From positions 576,001 to 640,000 of the forward strand of contig CAWCVB010000002.1 of NCBI GenBank assembly GCA_963798915.1: DNA of 64,000 nt, given 5' to 3'. Position 1 is the first letter of the stretch, and the number at the start of each line of letters is the position of its first letter. A program made the translations under genes and the position numbers. The notes under the pieces are model-generated. The model saw nothing but the letters and a program-made list of their open reading frames with translations, was not told the DNA's origin and did not search any database. Below are positions 29,332 through 39,558 of this stretch, piece by piece. Source of the DNA: an uncultured Gemmatimonadales bacterium. GTDB lineage: Bacteria; Gemmatimonadota; Gemmatimonadetes; Gemmatimonadales; GWC2-71-9.

Positions 29332-31286
29332 TTCAACGCTTCCCTCACCTCCGCCGCCGCCGCAATGGCGTTGTCCACGTTCCGGCTTACGGCGCGGGCC
29401 TGTTGGGTGGCCTGCGTGAGATCGCCCATGACGGACGCGATGTCCGAGGTCTTCAGCTTCAGCATGTCGTAGCGCAGGTTCTGCATGGCCAGGCGGCACG
29501 ACTCCAGATTGGCCAGCATCTGCTGCCGGCGGGCCTGAAGATCACCCAGCGACTTCCGCTGCCGTTCCAGCAATTCAACCTGTCGGGTATGTTCATCCCC
29601 CGGCTCGGACGCTTCCAGCTCGGCCAGCCGGGCCTCGATGCGCCCGACGCTGCCGTCATCGGCCACGTCGCGCTGCATCAGCGTGAGCGAGCGCGCCAGA
29701 TCGGTGGCCCGGCTGTAGAGTCCGTCAACCGTTTCCGAGACATCGGCCAGGTCCTTGCGAGTCTCGGGCGGGAGCCCGTCCACCAGGCGGAGGATCCCGT
29801 TCCGGTCATCGCGCATCTGCTTGATGACCAGATAGTGGTCCCCGAACTCGCTGGGCGATGGATTCGGCAACTGCCGAGGCAGTCGGCCGGTGCCGCGGAC
29901 ATTCCCGGCTCCTATGGCATCGGGCGCCGGCGGACGCGCCAGTACGTCCCGCCAGCTGTAGCCCGCCTGCCAGAGACGGGCATAGTTGCGAAGCACGCCT
30001 ATGCCGATGCCGAACGTCGGGAACAGGAACCAGGGTGTGTCGAGCCCGGTCGCGATGTTGATGCCGAAACAGCCCAGCGAGATGGCGGCCCAGCGCGCGA
30101 ACTGACCCCGAACCACCTGGACGATTCTCGGCTCTCCGGTATCGGGCAGCGGCGTATTGTCGTTGCGCTTCCGGGGGCGGCGCCGGTAGTCCCAGTCGTC
30201 ATACTCGCGCGGCGGGCGCGCCTGGCGAGGGGAGCGCGGCACCGGCAAGCCCGAGGCACGATCCTCCCGGCTGCGGCCACGCGTGCGGTCGCGCTCCCGG
30301 TCTCGATCGCGGAAGCCGGGCTGGCGCTCCGGCGATCGGGCGCCCGTTCGGGAAGCAGCCGCCGGCCGGGCCCCGGTCCCGGGACGCGCCGCGCGCCAGC
30401 CCAGCCCGGTGGGCTCGTAGCCGGTAACGGTCCGCGCCTCCAGCGCTCGGCGAAGCGCGTCGGCCGTGGGCCAGCGATTCTCGGGATCCTTCTCCAGGCA
30501 GCGCGAGACCGCGAGTGCCAGATCCTCCGGCACATCCCGGCGGTGCAGGCGCAGGTCGGGCGCTGGCTCGGTAATCTGTTTCATCAAGATGCCGGCCACC
30601 GTCGGCGCCTGGAACGGCAACTCGCCCGTGAGCATCTGGTACGAGACGATGCCCAGGCTGTACAGGTCCGAACGGCCGTCGATTTCGCGTTCGCCGGCGG
30701 CCTGCTCCGGACTCATGAAGGACGGCGTACCGATCGCCACACCGGCTCCCGTCAAGGTCGCGCCGGATGACGACGACAGCGCCTTTGCGATGCCGAAGTC
30801 AGTGACCATCACCCGGCCCCGGGTGCCTTCGAGCAGGATGTTATCCGGCTTGATGTCGCGATGGATGATCGAAACCGCATGGGCGGCGGAGAGGGCATCG
30901 GCCGTCTCCTTCATGATGCGGCGCGCCTCCTCGGGTGGCAGCTTGCCCCGCCGCTTGAGCCGGGCGCCGACCGATTCCCCATCCACATAGCCCATGACGA
31001 AGTACACCAGGCCCTGGCCTTCGCCGACCGTGTGGATGGGGACGATGTGGGGATGCGAAAGCCGCGCCGCCGTCTGGGCTTCACGAGTGAAGCGCTGACG
31101 GATATCCTGCTGGAACGCCAGTTCGGGAGGCAGCACCTTGATGGCCACCCGCCGCTGGAGCCGGTTGTCGCTGGCCCGGTAGACGACGCCCATCCCGCCG
31201 CGGCCGACCTCACCCTCGATGGTATACGCATCACCCAGCGCATCCGCGAGTCGTGCGGCCAGCGGCTTGTCCATGGGTGAGCTCAT
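29328..31286 (-). CDS. Hanks-type Ser/Thr protein kinase with 2TM segment and C-terminal coiled coil
   Basis: GRGGMGVVY, VAIK, HRDIKPDN, DFG, GTPSFMSPEQ, SDLYSLG; start at 31286 or 31274. Confidence 0.92.
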   Translation of the reverse strand: MSSPMDKPLAARLADALGDAYTIEGEVGRGGMGVVYRASDNRLQRRVAIKVLPPELAFQQDIRQRFTREAQTAARLSHPHIVPIHTVGEGQGLVYFVMGYVDGESVGARLKRRGKLPPEEARRIMKETADALSAAHAVSIIHRDIKPDNILLEGTRGRVMVTDFGIAKALSSSSGATLTGAGVAIGTPSFMSPEQAAGEREIDGRSDLYSLGIVSYQMLTGELPFQAPTVAGILMKQITEPAPDLRLHRRDVPEDLALAVSRCLEKDPENRWPTADALRRALEARTVTGYEPTGLGWRAARPGTGARPAAASRTGARSPERQPGFRDRDRERDRTRGRSREDRASGLPVPRSPRQARPPREYDDWDYRRRPRKRNDNTPLPDTGEPRIVQVVRGQFARWAAISLGCFGINIATGLDTPWFLFPTFGIGIGVLRNYARLWQAGYSWRDVLARPPAPDAIGAGNVRGTGRLPRQLPNPSPSEFGDHYLVIKQMRDDRNGILRLVDGLPPETRKDLADVSETVDGLYSRATDLARSLTLMQRDVADDGSVGRIEARLAELEASEPGDEHTRQVELLERQRKSLGDLQARRQQMLANLESCRLAMQNLRYDMLKLKTSDIASVMGDLTQATQQARAVSRNVDNAIAAAAEVREALK

Positions 31287-31669
31287 CCGATGATCAGGCC
31301 TCGAGGGCGAGTGAAGGTCGGGCTTCTGGAAAGGCAACCACCCAATTTGCGTGCGAGCCCCCTCCGGAGCAACACGCAGGCGGTTTCTGTACGGACCGAA
31401 GGTGTCACGGGATTCGCATGCCGGAATATCGTGCCAAGATGGCATGGCCAGGCCACGCAGCGAAGGCGCGTCCCGGAACGGGCCCAAGCCCGGACGCGGA
31501 AGCTCTGCCCGACGTGTGACTTACGGAACCTGCTCCGGCGTGGCATACCCGGTGCACCTCTTCCATCAGCTTTATTGCAGAGACTGCCAGATCGCGCGTT
31601 TCGCGCACATGTTACAGGCGACGGCGGAGGTCACCAGGAATCCTCGCCGGCGCCGCCCAAGGAGAACCG

Positions 31670-34204
31670 ATGTCCGAACGCTTGACCCTGCCCGTGCTGC
31701 CGTTGCGCGAAGTCGTACTGTTTCCCGGAGTCACCGCGCCCATCGGCGCTGGCCGGCCCGGGACGCTGCGCGCCATCGAGGCCGCACTTCAGACCCCTGA
31801 TAAGCTGGTCTTTGCCGTCTCACAGCGTCAGAACACCGAGACGGTCGAGGCTGAATCACTCTATACCATCGGCACCATCGCCCGCATTGGCCAGCTGCAG
31901 CGCGGCCTGGCTGGCATGCAGTTGCTGCTGCATGGCGAGCGGCGTGGTATTGCCATTCACTACAGCGAAACCGAGGGCTACCTCCAGGCGGTGGTGCGCG
32001 AAGCAGAGGAAATGCTGCCGCTCAATCCGGAAGACCCCGCCTTCGTCGCACTGCATCGTGAGGCCCGCGCCCGGGCGGCCGAGCTGGGCCAGAAGTCCGG
32101 CCTGCCCGAGGAAGTGGTCAACCAGGTCCTCGCCGGCGTCAATGAGCCGGGCCAGTTCGCCGACCTGGTGGCCGGCTACATCGACATTTCGCCGTCCCAG
32201 CGACAGAGCCTGCTCGAGACCCTTTCGGCTGAAGAGCGGCTGCGTCGTGTGCTGGTGCATGTGCAGCGCCAGATCGGGGTGCTCGATGCCCAGGAGGACA
32301 TCAAGTCCGCCGTTCAGGAAGAGCTGGGCGAGCGCCAGCGTGAGATGTTCCTGCGCGAACAGCTCAAGCGCATCCGGCAGGAACTGGGTGAAGACGAGGA
32401 AGGCGACGAACTCGAGGAGTTGAAGGCCAAGATCGAGGCGCTGGACCTGCCCGAGGAAGCCCGGAAGGAAGTGGACCGGGAAATGTCCCGCCTCGCGCGA
32501 ACCGGGCGCGAGAGCATGGAGTCCCAGGTCATCCGGACCTATCTCGAGAATGTGGCCGAGTTGCCGTGGAACCTGCGCAGTGCCGAGCACCTGGATCTCA
32601 AGGAAGCCCAGCGGGTCCTTGATGAGGATCACTACGCCCTGCGTGACGTGAAGGACCGGGTGCTCGAATTCCTGGCCGTGCGACAGTTGCGCGAAGCCAA
32701 TCGCGCCCGTGAAGCCGAAGCCGAAAAGGATGACGATAACTCGCCAGCCGACGTCGTGACCGGTGGAGAAGAACCGCCGGTGGCGACCGCCACCGTACCG
32801 GAGCCCAATCGCCCCGCTCCCGGAAATGACGACGACAAGGGCGCCAAGGGACCGATTCTGCTCTTTGTCGGCCCGCCGGGTGTCGGCAAGACGTCCATCG
32901 CCAAGAGCATTGCCCGCGCCATGGGCCGCCGCTATGTACGGATTTCCCTTGGCGGCGCGCGTGACGAGGCGGACATCCGCGGCCACCGGCGCACCTATGT
33001 TGGCGCCATGCCTGGCCGGATCCTGCAGGGCATGAAGCAGGCCGGCACCAAGAACCCCGTCTTCCTGCTGGATGAGGTGGACAAGCTCGGCGTCTCCTTC
33101 CAGGGTGATCCGGCGAGCGCGCTGCTCGAAGTGCTGGACCCGGCCCAGAACGATTCATTCGTGGACCACTACCTGGGCGTGCCGTTCGACCTGAGCGAGG
33201 TGCTCTTCATCGCCACCGCCAACTTCATCCAGAATATTCCCGGTCCGTTGCTCGACCGGATGGAGGTGGTGGATTTCGCGGGGTACACCGAGCGGGAAAA
33301 GCACGCCATCGCACGGCAGTACCTGATCCCGCGCCAGCTGCAGGAGAACGGGGTCACGCCCGAGCAGCTGGAAATTACCGACGACGCCCTCTCCGAGGTC
33401 ATCACCGGCTACACTCGCGAGAGCGGGGTGCGGCAACTGGAACGGGAGATCGGGCGGCTGTCGCGCAAGGTGGCGCGCCAGATTGCGGCGGGCCAGGTGG
33501 AGCGGCTCTCGGTTGACAAGGAACTGGTGGACGACCTCCTCGGCCGTCCCAAGGTCCACCCGGAGAAGATGGCCGGTACCGATCAGGTGGGCGTCAGCAC
33601 CGGGATGTACTATACCCCCACCGGCGGCGACATCATGTTCGTCGAGGCCAGCACCATGCGTGGCAAGGGCGAGCTGGTGCTCACCGGCCAGCTGGGCGAC
33701 GTCATGAAGGAGTCGGCCCGTGCCGCCTGGACGTACGCCCGGTCACACGCGGCGGCGCTCCGGATTCCGGATGAGATGTTCGACCGTGACCTGCACGTGC
33801 ACGTCCCGGCCGGCGCCATCCCGAAGGACGGCCCGTCGGCCGGCGTCACCATGGCCACGGCGATCGTCTCGACGCTGTCCAATCGTCCGGTACGGCATGA
33901 CATCGCCATGACCGGCGAGATCACGCTGCGAGGCCGGGTGCTGCCGATCGGTGGCGTGAAGGAGAAGGTGCTGGGGGCGGTGCGCGCGGGGATTACCAGG
34001 GTGATCCTGCCCAAGGAGAACGAAGCCGACCTCGAAGACCTGCCGGACGAGGTTCGCCAGGAGCTGGAGATCTCGCTGGTCACCAGCCTCGGCGAAGTGC
34101 TGGCGCTGACCCTGCGTGGAGCGTCATTCCGCGAGGGCCGCCTGCTCTTCGGCAACGAGAATCCCCAGGACGTGGCTCCGCTTGCCATGGGGTATCCGCA
34201 CTAA
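31670..34204 (+). CDS. lon: ATP-dependent protease La
   Basis: LPVLPLR N-domain, [30 protein letters not shown]. Confidence 0.97.
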   Translation: MSERLTLPVLPLREVVLFPGVTAPIGAGRPGTLRAIEAALQTPDKLVFAVSQRQNTETVEAESLYTIGTIARIGQLQRGLAGMQLLLHGERRGIAIHYSETEGYLQAVVREAEEMLPLNPEDPAFVALHREARARAAELGQKSGLPEEVVNQVLAGVNEPGQFADLVAGYIDISPSQRQSLLETLSAEERLRRVLVHVQRQIGVLDAQEDIKSAVQEELGERQREMFLREQLKRIRQELGEDEEGDELEELKAKIEALDLPEEARKEVDREMSRLARTGRESMESQVIRTYLENVAELPWNLRSAEHLDLKEAQRVLDEDHYALRDVKDRVLEFLAVRQLREANRAREAEAEKDDDNSPADVVTGGEEPPVATATVPEPNRPAPGNDDDKGAKGPILLFVGPPGVGKTSIAKSIARAMGRRYVRISLGGARDEADIRGHRRTYVGAMPGRILQGMKQAGTKNPVFLLDEVDKLGVSFQGDPASALLEVLDPAQNDSFVDHYLGVPFDLSEVLFIATANFIQNIPGPLLDRMEVVDFAGYTEREKHAIARQYLIPRQLQENGVTPEQLEITDDALSEVITGYTRESGVRQLEREIGRLSRKVARQIAAGQVERLSVDKELVDDLLGRPKVHPEKMAGTDQVGVSTGMYYTPTGGDIMFVEASTMRGKGELVLTGQLGDVMKESARAAWTYARSHAAALRIPDEMFDRDLHVHVPAGAIPKDGPSAGVTMATAIVSTLSNRPVRHDIAMTGEITLRGRVLPIGGVKEKVLGAVRAGITRVILPKENEADLEDLPDEVRQELEISLVTSLGEVLALTLRGASFREGRLLFGNENPQDVAPLAMGYPH

Positions 34205-34205
34205 G

Positions 34206-34372
34206 GCTGAGAGCTGAAAGCTGAAGGCTGAGAGCTGAACCGTTATCTTCGCACGGCTTTCAGCCTTCAGCTTTCAGCTTCAGCCTTCCCCTTCAGCCTT
34301 CAGCCTTCAGCCTTCAGCCTTCAGCTTTCAGCTTTCAGCTTTCAGCTTTCAGCCTTCAGCTTTCAGCCCTTA
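34206..34372. repeat. Inverted GCTGARR / YTTCAGC heptamer arrays between convergent lon and GGDEF genes
   Basis: 5 units at 34206-34240 facing more than 12 complementary units at 34255-34372. Confidence 0.9.
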
Positions 34373-35891
34373 GCCTCTCTTCCAACTCCTCCACACTTCC
34401 CACATCCGACCCGAGCGAAGCACTGACCAGCGACACCCGAACCGGCATCGTGTCGCCATCACGTGCTTCGTAGGGATGGTCGGCGAGCATGCTGTGCAGC
34501 TTGGCGGAGATGACCTTGGCGCCCTCCGGCGCCGAGCCGCGAAGCACGATCTGGAAGGTGCGGCCGCCGCGCCGGCCCACCAGGTCGCTCTGGCGGACAG
34601 TGGCGCGGATGACGGCCGCGGCGTGGGCGAGCACCCGGTCGCCGGCGGAGTGACCGTGGCGGGTGTTGACGTCGTTCAGGCCCTCGACGGTGGCCAGCAG
34701 GACGGTGAGCGGTCGATTGTCGCGCCGCGCCAGCAGCACGGCATGATCCAGTTCGGCCCGGAACGCAGTGTCGTTCAGCGCACCGGTCAGGGGGTCCCGG
34801 CGGATGAGTTCGCGCACCCGCCGACCGCGCTCGGCGCGTGCGCGAAGCTCCTGCACGGTGGCGGAGGTGAGGCGGGAGCCGGTCATCACTTCATCCACCC
34901 CTTCGCGCAGCGCGGCCAGTCGGTCCTCGGCGGAGACCGCGCCCATCAGCACCACGGGTACCGACACGCAACGCGGATCCTGTCGCAGCAGCCGGGCCAG
35001 GGCCCGGCCGCCACCTTCGGGCAGCCCCGACGAGGCAACCACGATGTCGGGCACCGAGAGATCAAGGTGCTGTCGGGCTCCCTCGGTGGAGTCCGCCCTC
35101 CGCACTTCCATGCCCAGGCTCGCCAGTCCTTCGGCAATGACATCACCGCGAGACTGATCTTCATCGGCCAGCACTGCGACGAACCGCGCCGCGCTGGCCA
35201 GGACCTGACGCTGCGCCAGCCTCGCCAGGTCGCTTGGCGCGCGCTCGGCCGGCAGTACCAATTCGGCGCCGGCCACCGCGGCCCGCAGCCGATCCACCGG
35301 CACGGTGTCCTCGACCAGGACAACGGTGCGCGGGACCGGTGCGGCAGCGGCACTCCACGCGGCGGCCGCACCATACACGCCCGGTCCGCGAGCGATGAGC
35401 ACGACGATCTGCGCCGATTCCGGACGGGCGACATCGTCCGGGCGGGCATCCGCCGGCAGCGATCGCACCGAGAAGCCGGCGCTGATGAGGATCTCGCGCA
35501 GCTCCTCGGCGAGTTCACCATCAGTGCCGGCCACGACGGCCAGCCGGCTGCCCGACTCACCTGCGGCGGCCCGCAGCAGCTGCTCAGCCTCGGTGAACAG
35601 GATTGCGAGGCGATCCACCGCATCATCGAGCCAGTCGGCGTCGGCCGCCGCCGGAGGAGGTTGCTGGGCAAGCCACCGCTCTGCCTCGCGCGCCGCCGAA
35701 CTGATTTCAGGAAAGCCGTACGAGCCGCCGGAACCAACCAGGCGATGAAACCTGGTCTGCAGGGCCGCCAAGGCCTCGGGATCCCCGGATCGGTATCGAT
35801 CGCTGTCGGCTCGGATTTCGGCCAGGCGGTTGCCACCCTCAGCCAGGTACTCGCGCCGAAGCTGGTCAAAGGCCTTCGCAAACGGTTCCAT
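34356..35891 (-). CDS. Hpt - pseudo-receiver x2 - degenerate GGDEF protein
   Basis: Hpt FHRLVGSGGSYGF; DPLTGALN, VNTRHGHSAGD, RQSD, GGRTF in place of GGDEF. Confidence 0.85.
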   Translation of the reverse strand: MEPFAKAFDQLRREYLAEGGNRLAEIRADSDRYRSGDPEALAALQTRFHRLVGSGGSYGFPEISSAAREAERWLAQQPPPAAADADWLDDAVDRLAILFTEAEQLLRAAAGESGSRLAVVAGTDGELAEELREILISAGFSVRSLPADARPDDVARPESAQIVVLIARGPGVYGAAAAWSAAAAPVPRTVVLVEDTVPVDRLRAAVAGAELVLPAERAPSDLARLAQRQVLASAARFVAVLADEDQSRGDVIAEGLASLGMEVRRADSTEGARQHLDLSVPDIVVASSGLPEGGGRALARLLRQDPRCVSVPVVLMGAVSAEDRLAALREGVDEVMTGSRLTSATVQELRARAERGRRVRELIRRDPLTGALNDTAFRAELDHAVLLARRDNRPLTVLLATVEGLNDVNTRHGHSAGDRVLAHAAAVIRATVRQSDLVGRRGGRTFQIVLRGSAPEGAKVISAKLHSMLADHPYEARDGDTMPVRVSLVSASLGSDVGSVEELEERLRAES

Positions 35892-36580
35892 CAAGCCAGC
35901 CCGCTGAGTTGCCGGAACGCGAGCGTCGCGGCTGCCACGATTGTCGGCGCCGCGCTCCAGTGACCATTGACGTCGCCCGCATGGCGCGAGGCAAGCAGCG
36001 CGGTTCGCTGGTCCACGACGCCCACAAAGGGCTCGGCTGGCCAGCTGCCGTTGGTGGGTTCGACCTGGTGGATGTCGGCAAATTCCAGCGACGCGGTCCC
36101 GGCACTGGCGAGCGAGAGGTTCACGCCCTGCGCAGCGGCGCGACGAAGCGCCGGGCCAAGGATGGGATATGCGTCACCCGGCGCAAGCAGGAGCACGCTC
36201 GAGGCCGCCCGCGCGATGTCGTGTGAGATGAGCTGCAGTGCGGCGCGTGGGGAGCTGACTTCGACCAGGGTGGGCGTGTCGGGCAGCGCCGCACCGGCCA
36301 GGTCCCGCGAGAGGCGGTCCAGCGCGGAGCCATGACGGCTGGCAATCTGCGCCATCAAGGTGGCAGCAGGTTCGGCGCGGTATCGCTTCGGTCGACCCGC
36401 ATCCGACCGCGCCGCTCCCTTCTGCACCAGCGCTTCAAGCGCCGCATAGGCGTTGGCACGGGCGAGCCCTGCTCCGCGCGCTATGGCGTAACCGGTCCCG
36501 GGCCCGCCCGTGAGCAGGATCCGGTACACCAGGCTCTCAGTGGCCGTGAAGCCGAAGGGAGTGAGGTCGAGCGTCAACAC
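35891..36580 (-). CDS. TrmB family transcriptional regulator
   Basis: FGFTATESLVYRILL..GTGYAIARGAGLARANAYAALEALVQKG. Confidence 0.85.
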   Translation of the reverse strand: MLTLDLTPFGFTATESLVYRILLTGGPGTGYAIARGAGLARANAYAALEALVQKGAARSDAGRPKRYRAEPAATLMAQIASRHGSALDRLSRDLAGAALPDTPTLVEVSSPRAALQLISHDIARAASSVLLLAPGDAYPILGPALRRAAAQGVNLSLASAGTASLEFADIHQVEPTNGSWPAEPFVGVVDQRTALLASRHAGDVNGHWSAAPTIVAAATLAFRQLSGLA

Positions 36581-36610
36581 CGTACCGCGCTTGCTGGAGA
36601 GAACGAGGGA

Positions 36611-37736
36611 TCAGGAGTAGCTCAGGTCCCAGCCCAGCACCCGGGCGATCAGGGCGAGCCGGAAGGTCACATCCGCCTCACGTCCCTCGGTGTTCCGGGT
36701 GTCGGTCGCGAGCGGAAACATGTGATATGTAATCTTGTGCGTCGCCTTGGGGAGGGACCGCAGGTTCTTCGGGCGCCAGACGCCATGCTCATCGCAGTCG
36801 GTCAGGAGGCGCGCCAGGACACGTGAGGCCACCGGCGCCCACGCCAGCGCGCCCATCCGCGCCATCAGTTCGATGTAGTGCAGGGCCAGCGGGATGTCCT
36901 TTGCGTTGCCTCGCGCATCGGCCGCGATCGGATCTCCCAGCAGGAAGTGCACTGGGCGGACACTTTTCTTGCCCAGCCTGACAGAGAAGGCCTTCTTGGG
37001 CGCGGGCTGCGCCAGATAGTGGCCAAGGCGCTCCGTGAACCCCGCGCGTTCACGCTGGAGTGCCGGCATCGCCGCAATCATTGCCACCGAATACCAGCTG
37101 GGAGGGCAGGCGTCCGGATGCAGCACGGTGGCGCTGCCCGAGCGGATGAACGGCTTCTCGGCCAGTGGACTCCGAAGAAAGGCAGAGACCGCGCTGGCGA
37201 CGCGGTGGCCCGCGCCGCGTAGGCGCGGATCATCGGCATAGCCCGCTTCGGCCAAGGCACAGGTGGCCGCTTCGCGCTCGGCCTCCCGGGCCCAGGCGGC
37301 GACGGCCGGCTCGAGCTTGGCCGCCTTCTGGTATTCAAAGAGGAGCGCGGGATTCTCGTCCCGGGTGAGAAGCCGGAACAGCACACGATCAGCAAGCTTG
37401 AATGGCCGGGTGCCGCGGGGCCAGGCCAGCTCGACCAGGCGGCGATACTGCGGGACGGTGCCGACATCCTTGATGTTATCGCGCGCCGAGGCCGCCAGAC
37501 CCAGGATGTTCTGGCCCCAGATGCCGGTGGCCTTCTGCTTCTTGATGACCGCGAGGGCCGGTTTGCTCTGGGTGATGGCTTCATGAGCGGAGTCGACCGC
37601 GGCCGGTTCGAAGGTGCCGGGCGGGGCCAGTTCCGTCATGGTTCGATACCGGATCGACTCCCCGCCATGCTGTGTCAGCCAGGAGATCGGAATCCGATGC
37701 GCGGTCGGGAGTTCCAGCGCTATCCCTCGGCGTCAT
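36611..37736 (-). CDS. Hypothetical protein (prenyltransferase/terpene-cyclase-like helical fold possible); probable +1 frameshift at 37724-37726
   Basis: Frame extends upstream of ATG 37639 as IALELPTAHRIPISWLTQHGGESIRYRT; ATG 37736 is one base out of frame; QW-like motifs QKATGIW, CDEHGVW. Confidence 0.65.
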
Positions 37737-37908
37737 GGGTGGGTTGAATCGGGCGCAAGATACCATCCGCCACGGGGTTGCGCCACTCGGGGCAGGGACG
37801 GCGTTTCGGGTTGGTGCGTAAGTGATTACGACTGAAGACGTTAGAGCATGGTGTCCCAGGCTCTCGATTAGGTATGCTCCATCGACAACTGACTGACTGT
37901 CCACCCAG

Positions 37909-39555
37909 TCAGTTTCGCTTGATCCGCGCCTCGCCTGCCTCGTGGAATTCCGAGGACGGAGACCAGGTCGGCACCGCGGGCCTGTCTGCCACCATCAGTG
38001 CGGTGCGGGCAATGACCCGCATCTGCTGGGCCGCGCCAGCGTAGTCGAAGTCTGGCAGGACTTCATCGCTGGGCTGATGGTACCGGCTGGCGGTGTAGTC
38101 GTCGCTCACCTGCTTGGCATAGGTGGCCGGTCTCCCGACGTAGCGCGTGGGCCCCTCGAGCGAGAGGGCGGGCACCCCCGCCCGGGCAAACGGGAAATGG
38201 TCGGAGCGAAAGAATGCCCCTGTCCGAAGTGCCTCCGGGTTGACGGCCACGCTCAGACCCTCGGCGGCTGCAGCCCGCCGAAAGGTCGCGCCGAGCGTTG
38301 ACTGGTCCAGGCCAAGCGCGCCGACATCGCGGGAGGCGCCATGCAGGTTCATCACGTCCAGGTTCAGGACCGCCACCAGGTCCCGGATCGGCAGCGACGG
38401 GCGGTCGGCAAAAGCGGTCGAGCCCAGCAGACCCGCCTCTTCGGCCGCGAAACCGACAAAGATGATCGAGCGGTCCGGGCGCACACCCGCTCGAGTCATC
38501 GCCTCGGCCAGGGCGAGTACCGCGGCCGTGCCCGAGGCATTGTCTTCAGCGCCGTTATAGATCGAATCCCCGTTCACCGGCGTGCCGATGCCGAAGTGGT
38601 CATAGTGACCGCCGATCAGCACGGCCTCGGCCTTGTGCGGGCCATGGCCCTGAAGCCGGCCCACCACATTGAATGTCTCCGTCCGGCGCACTTCACTGCG
38701 GACGTGCGCGCTCGCCGAGAGCTCGAGCGGCACCGGCGTGAAGCCATGCCTGGCCGCGGCCGCCGTGAGGGAGTCCAGCCGTGGCCCGCCTCCCATGATG
38801 CCAGCCGCCGCCTCATGCGTCAGCCAGCCGGCGATGACCAGCGGACCACTCTCGCGCGCTACCCGGATCTGCGGGCCAGACCAGGATGAGGAGACGGTAC
38901 TCCACGGATAGGTCGCGCTGGGATCGGTATGGATCATCAGGATGCCGGCCGCACCCTGGCGCTCGGCCTCCTCGATCTTGTAGGTCCACCGGCCATAGTA
39001 CGTCAGGGTGCTGCCCCGGAAGATCGTGGAATCCTGCAGCCCGGGATCATTGACCAGGGCCACCACGATTTTCCCTTTGACATCCACACCGGCGTAATCG
39101 TTCCATTGAAATTCTGGCGCGACGATTCCATAGCCGACGTAGACCAGGTCGCCCTGCATGGACACGTCGGGTGCATCGTGCATGGACCAGAGCATGTAAT
39201 CCGACCGATAGCGGAGGGTATCGGTGCCTGTCGGACGCTCGATGGCGAGCGTGGGTGCAGGGGTGAGCGAGATGATGGGCACGCGGTGCATGTAGCTGCC
39301 GGAATCGCCAGCCGGCTCGAGTCCGAGTCGCTCGAACTCCGTCTGCAGGTACAGGGCCGCCAGCTGGCCACCGCGCGTGCCTGGCTTGCGCCCCTCCAGC
39401 AGGTCATTCGCCAGGAACTCGAGATGGGCCTGGAGGACATGACCGTCCACGGCTCGCGCCGCCTTGGCGGCATCGCTGGCTGGCTGCTGCGCCGGAAGCG
39501 CGGGCACCCGTGAGAGCAACGCCATCGAAAGGAACACCAGGGGCAGGCGAGGCAT
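37909..39555 (-). CDS. M28 family peptidase with PA domain
   Basis: LEGRKPGT, YYGRWTYK, GHYDH, NGAEDNASG, AEEAGLLGS, RSDH, YHQPSD. Confidence 0.92.
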   Translation of the reverse strand: MPRLPLVFLSMALLSRVPALPAQQPASDAAKAARAVDGHVLQAHLEFLANDLLEGRKPGTRGGQLAALYLQTEFERLGLEPAGDSGSYMHRVPIISLTPAPTLAIERPTGTDTLRYRSDYMLWSMHDAPDVSMQGDLVYVGYGIVAPEFQWNDYAGVDVKGKIVVALVNDPGLQDSTIFRGSTLTYYGRWTYKIEEAERQGAAGILMIHTDPSATYPWSTVSSSWSGPQIRVARESGPLVIAGWLTHEAAAGIMGGGPRLDSLTAAAARHGFTPVPLELSASAHVRSEVRRTETFNVVGRLQGHGPHKAEAVLIGGHYDHFGIGTPVNGDSIYNGAEDNASGTAAVLALAEAMTRAGVRPDRSIIFVGFAAEEAGLLGSTAFADRPSLPIRDLVAVLNLDVMNLHGASRDVGALGLDQSTLGATFRRAAAAEGLSVAVNPEALRTGAFFRSDHFPFARAGVPALSLEGPTRYVGRPATYAKQVSDDYTASRYHQPSDEVLPDFDYAGAAQQMRVIARTALMVADRPAVPTWSPSSEFHEAGEARIKRN

Positions 39556-39558
39556 CGC

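Noticed and set aside
31287..31669. ncRNA or small ORF in the kinase-lon divergent spacer
   Set aside because: No convincing structure, terminator or RBS-led ORF seen.
20411..35963. Long antisense ORFs (20411..21826, 24050..25498, 29073..30770, 34476..35963 and others)
   Set aside because: Typical high-GC shadow frames opposite well-supported genes.
37819..37843. 25-bp TAA-N19-TTR intergenic motif (second instance at 49091-49115)
   Set aside because: Only two loosely similar instances; cannot be separated from chance without a genome-wide motif search.
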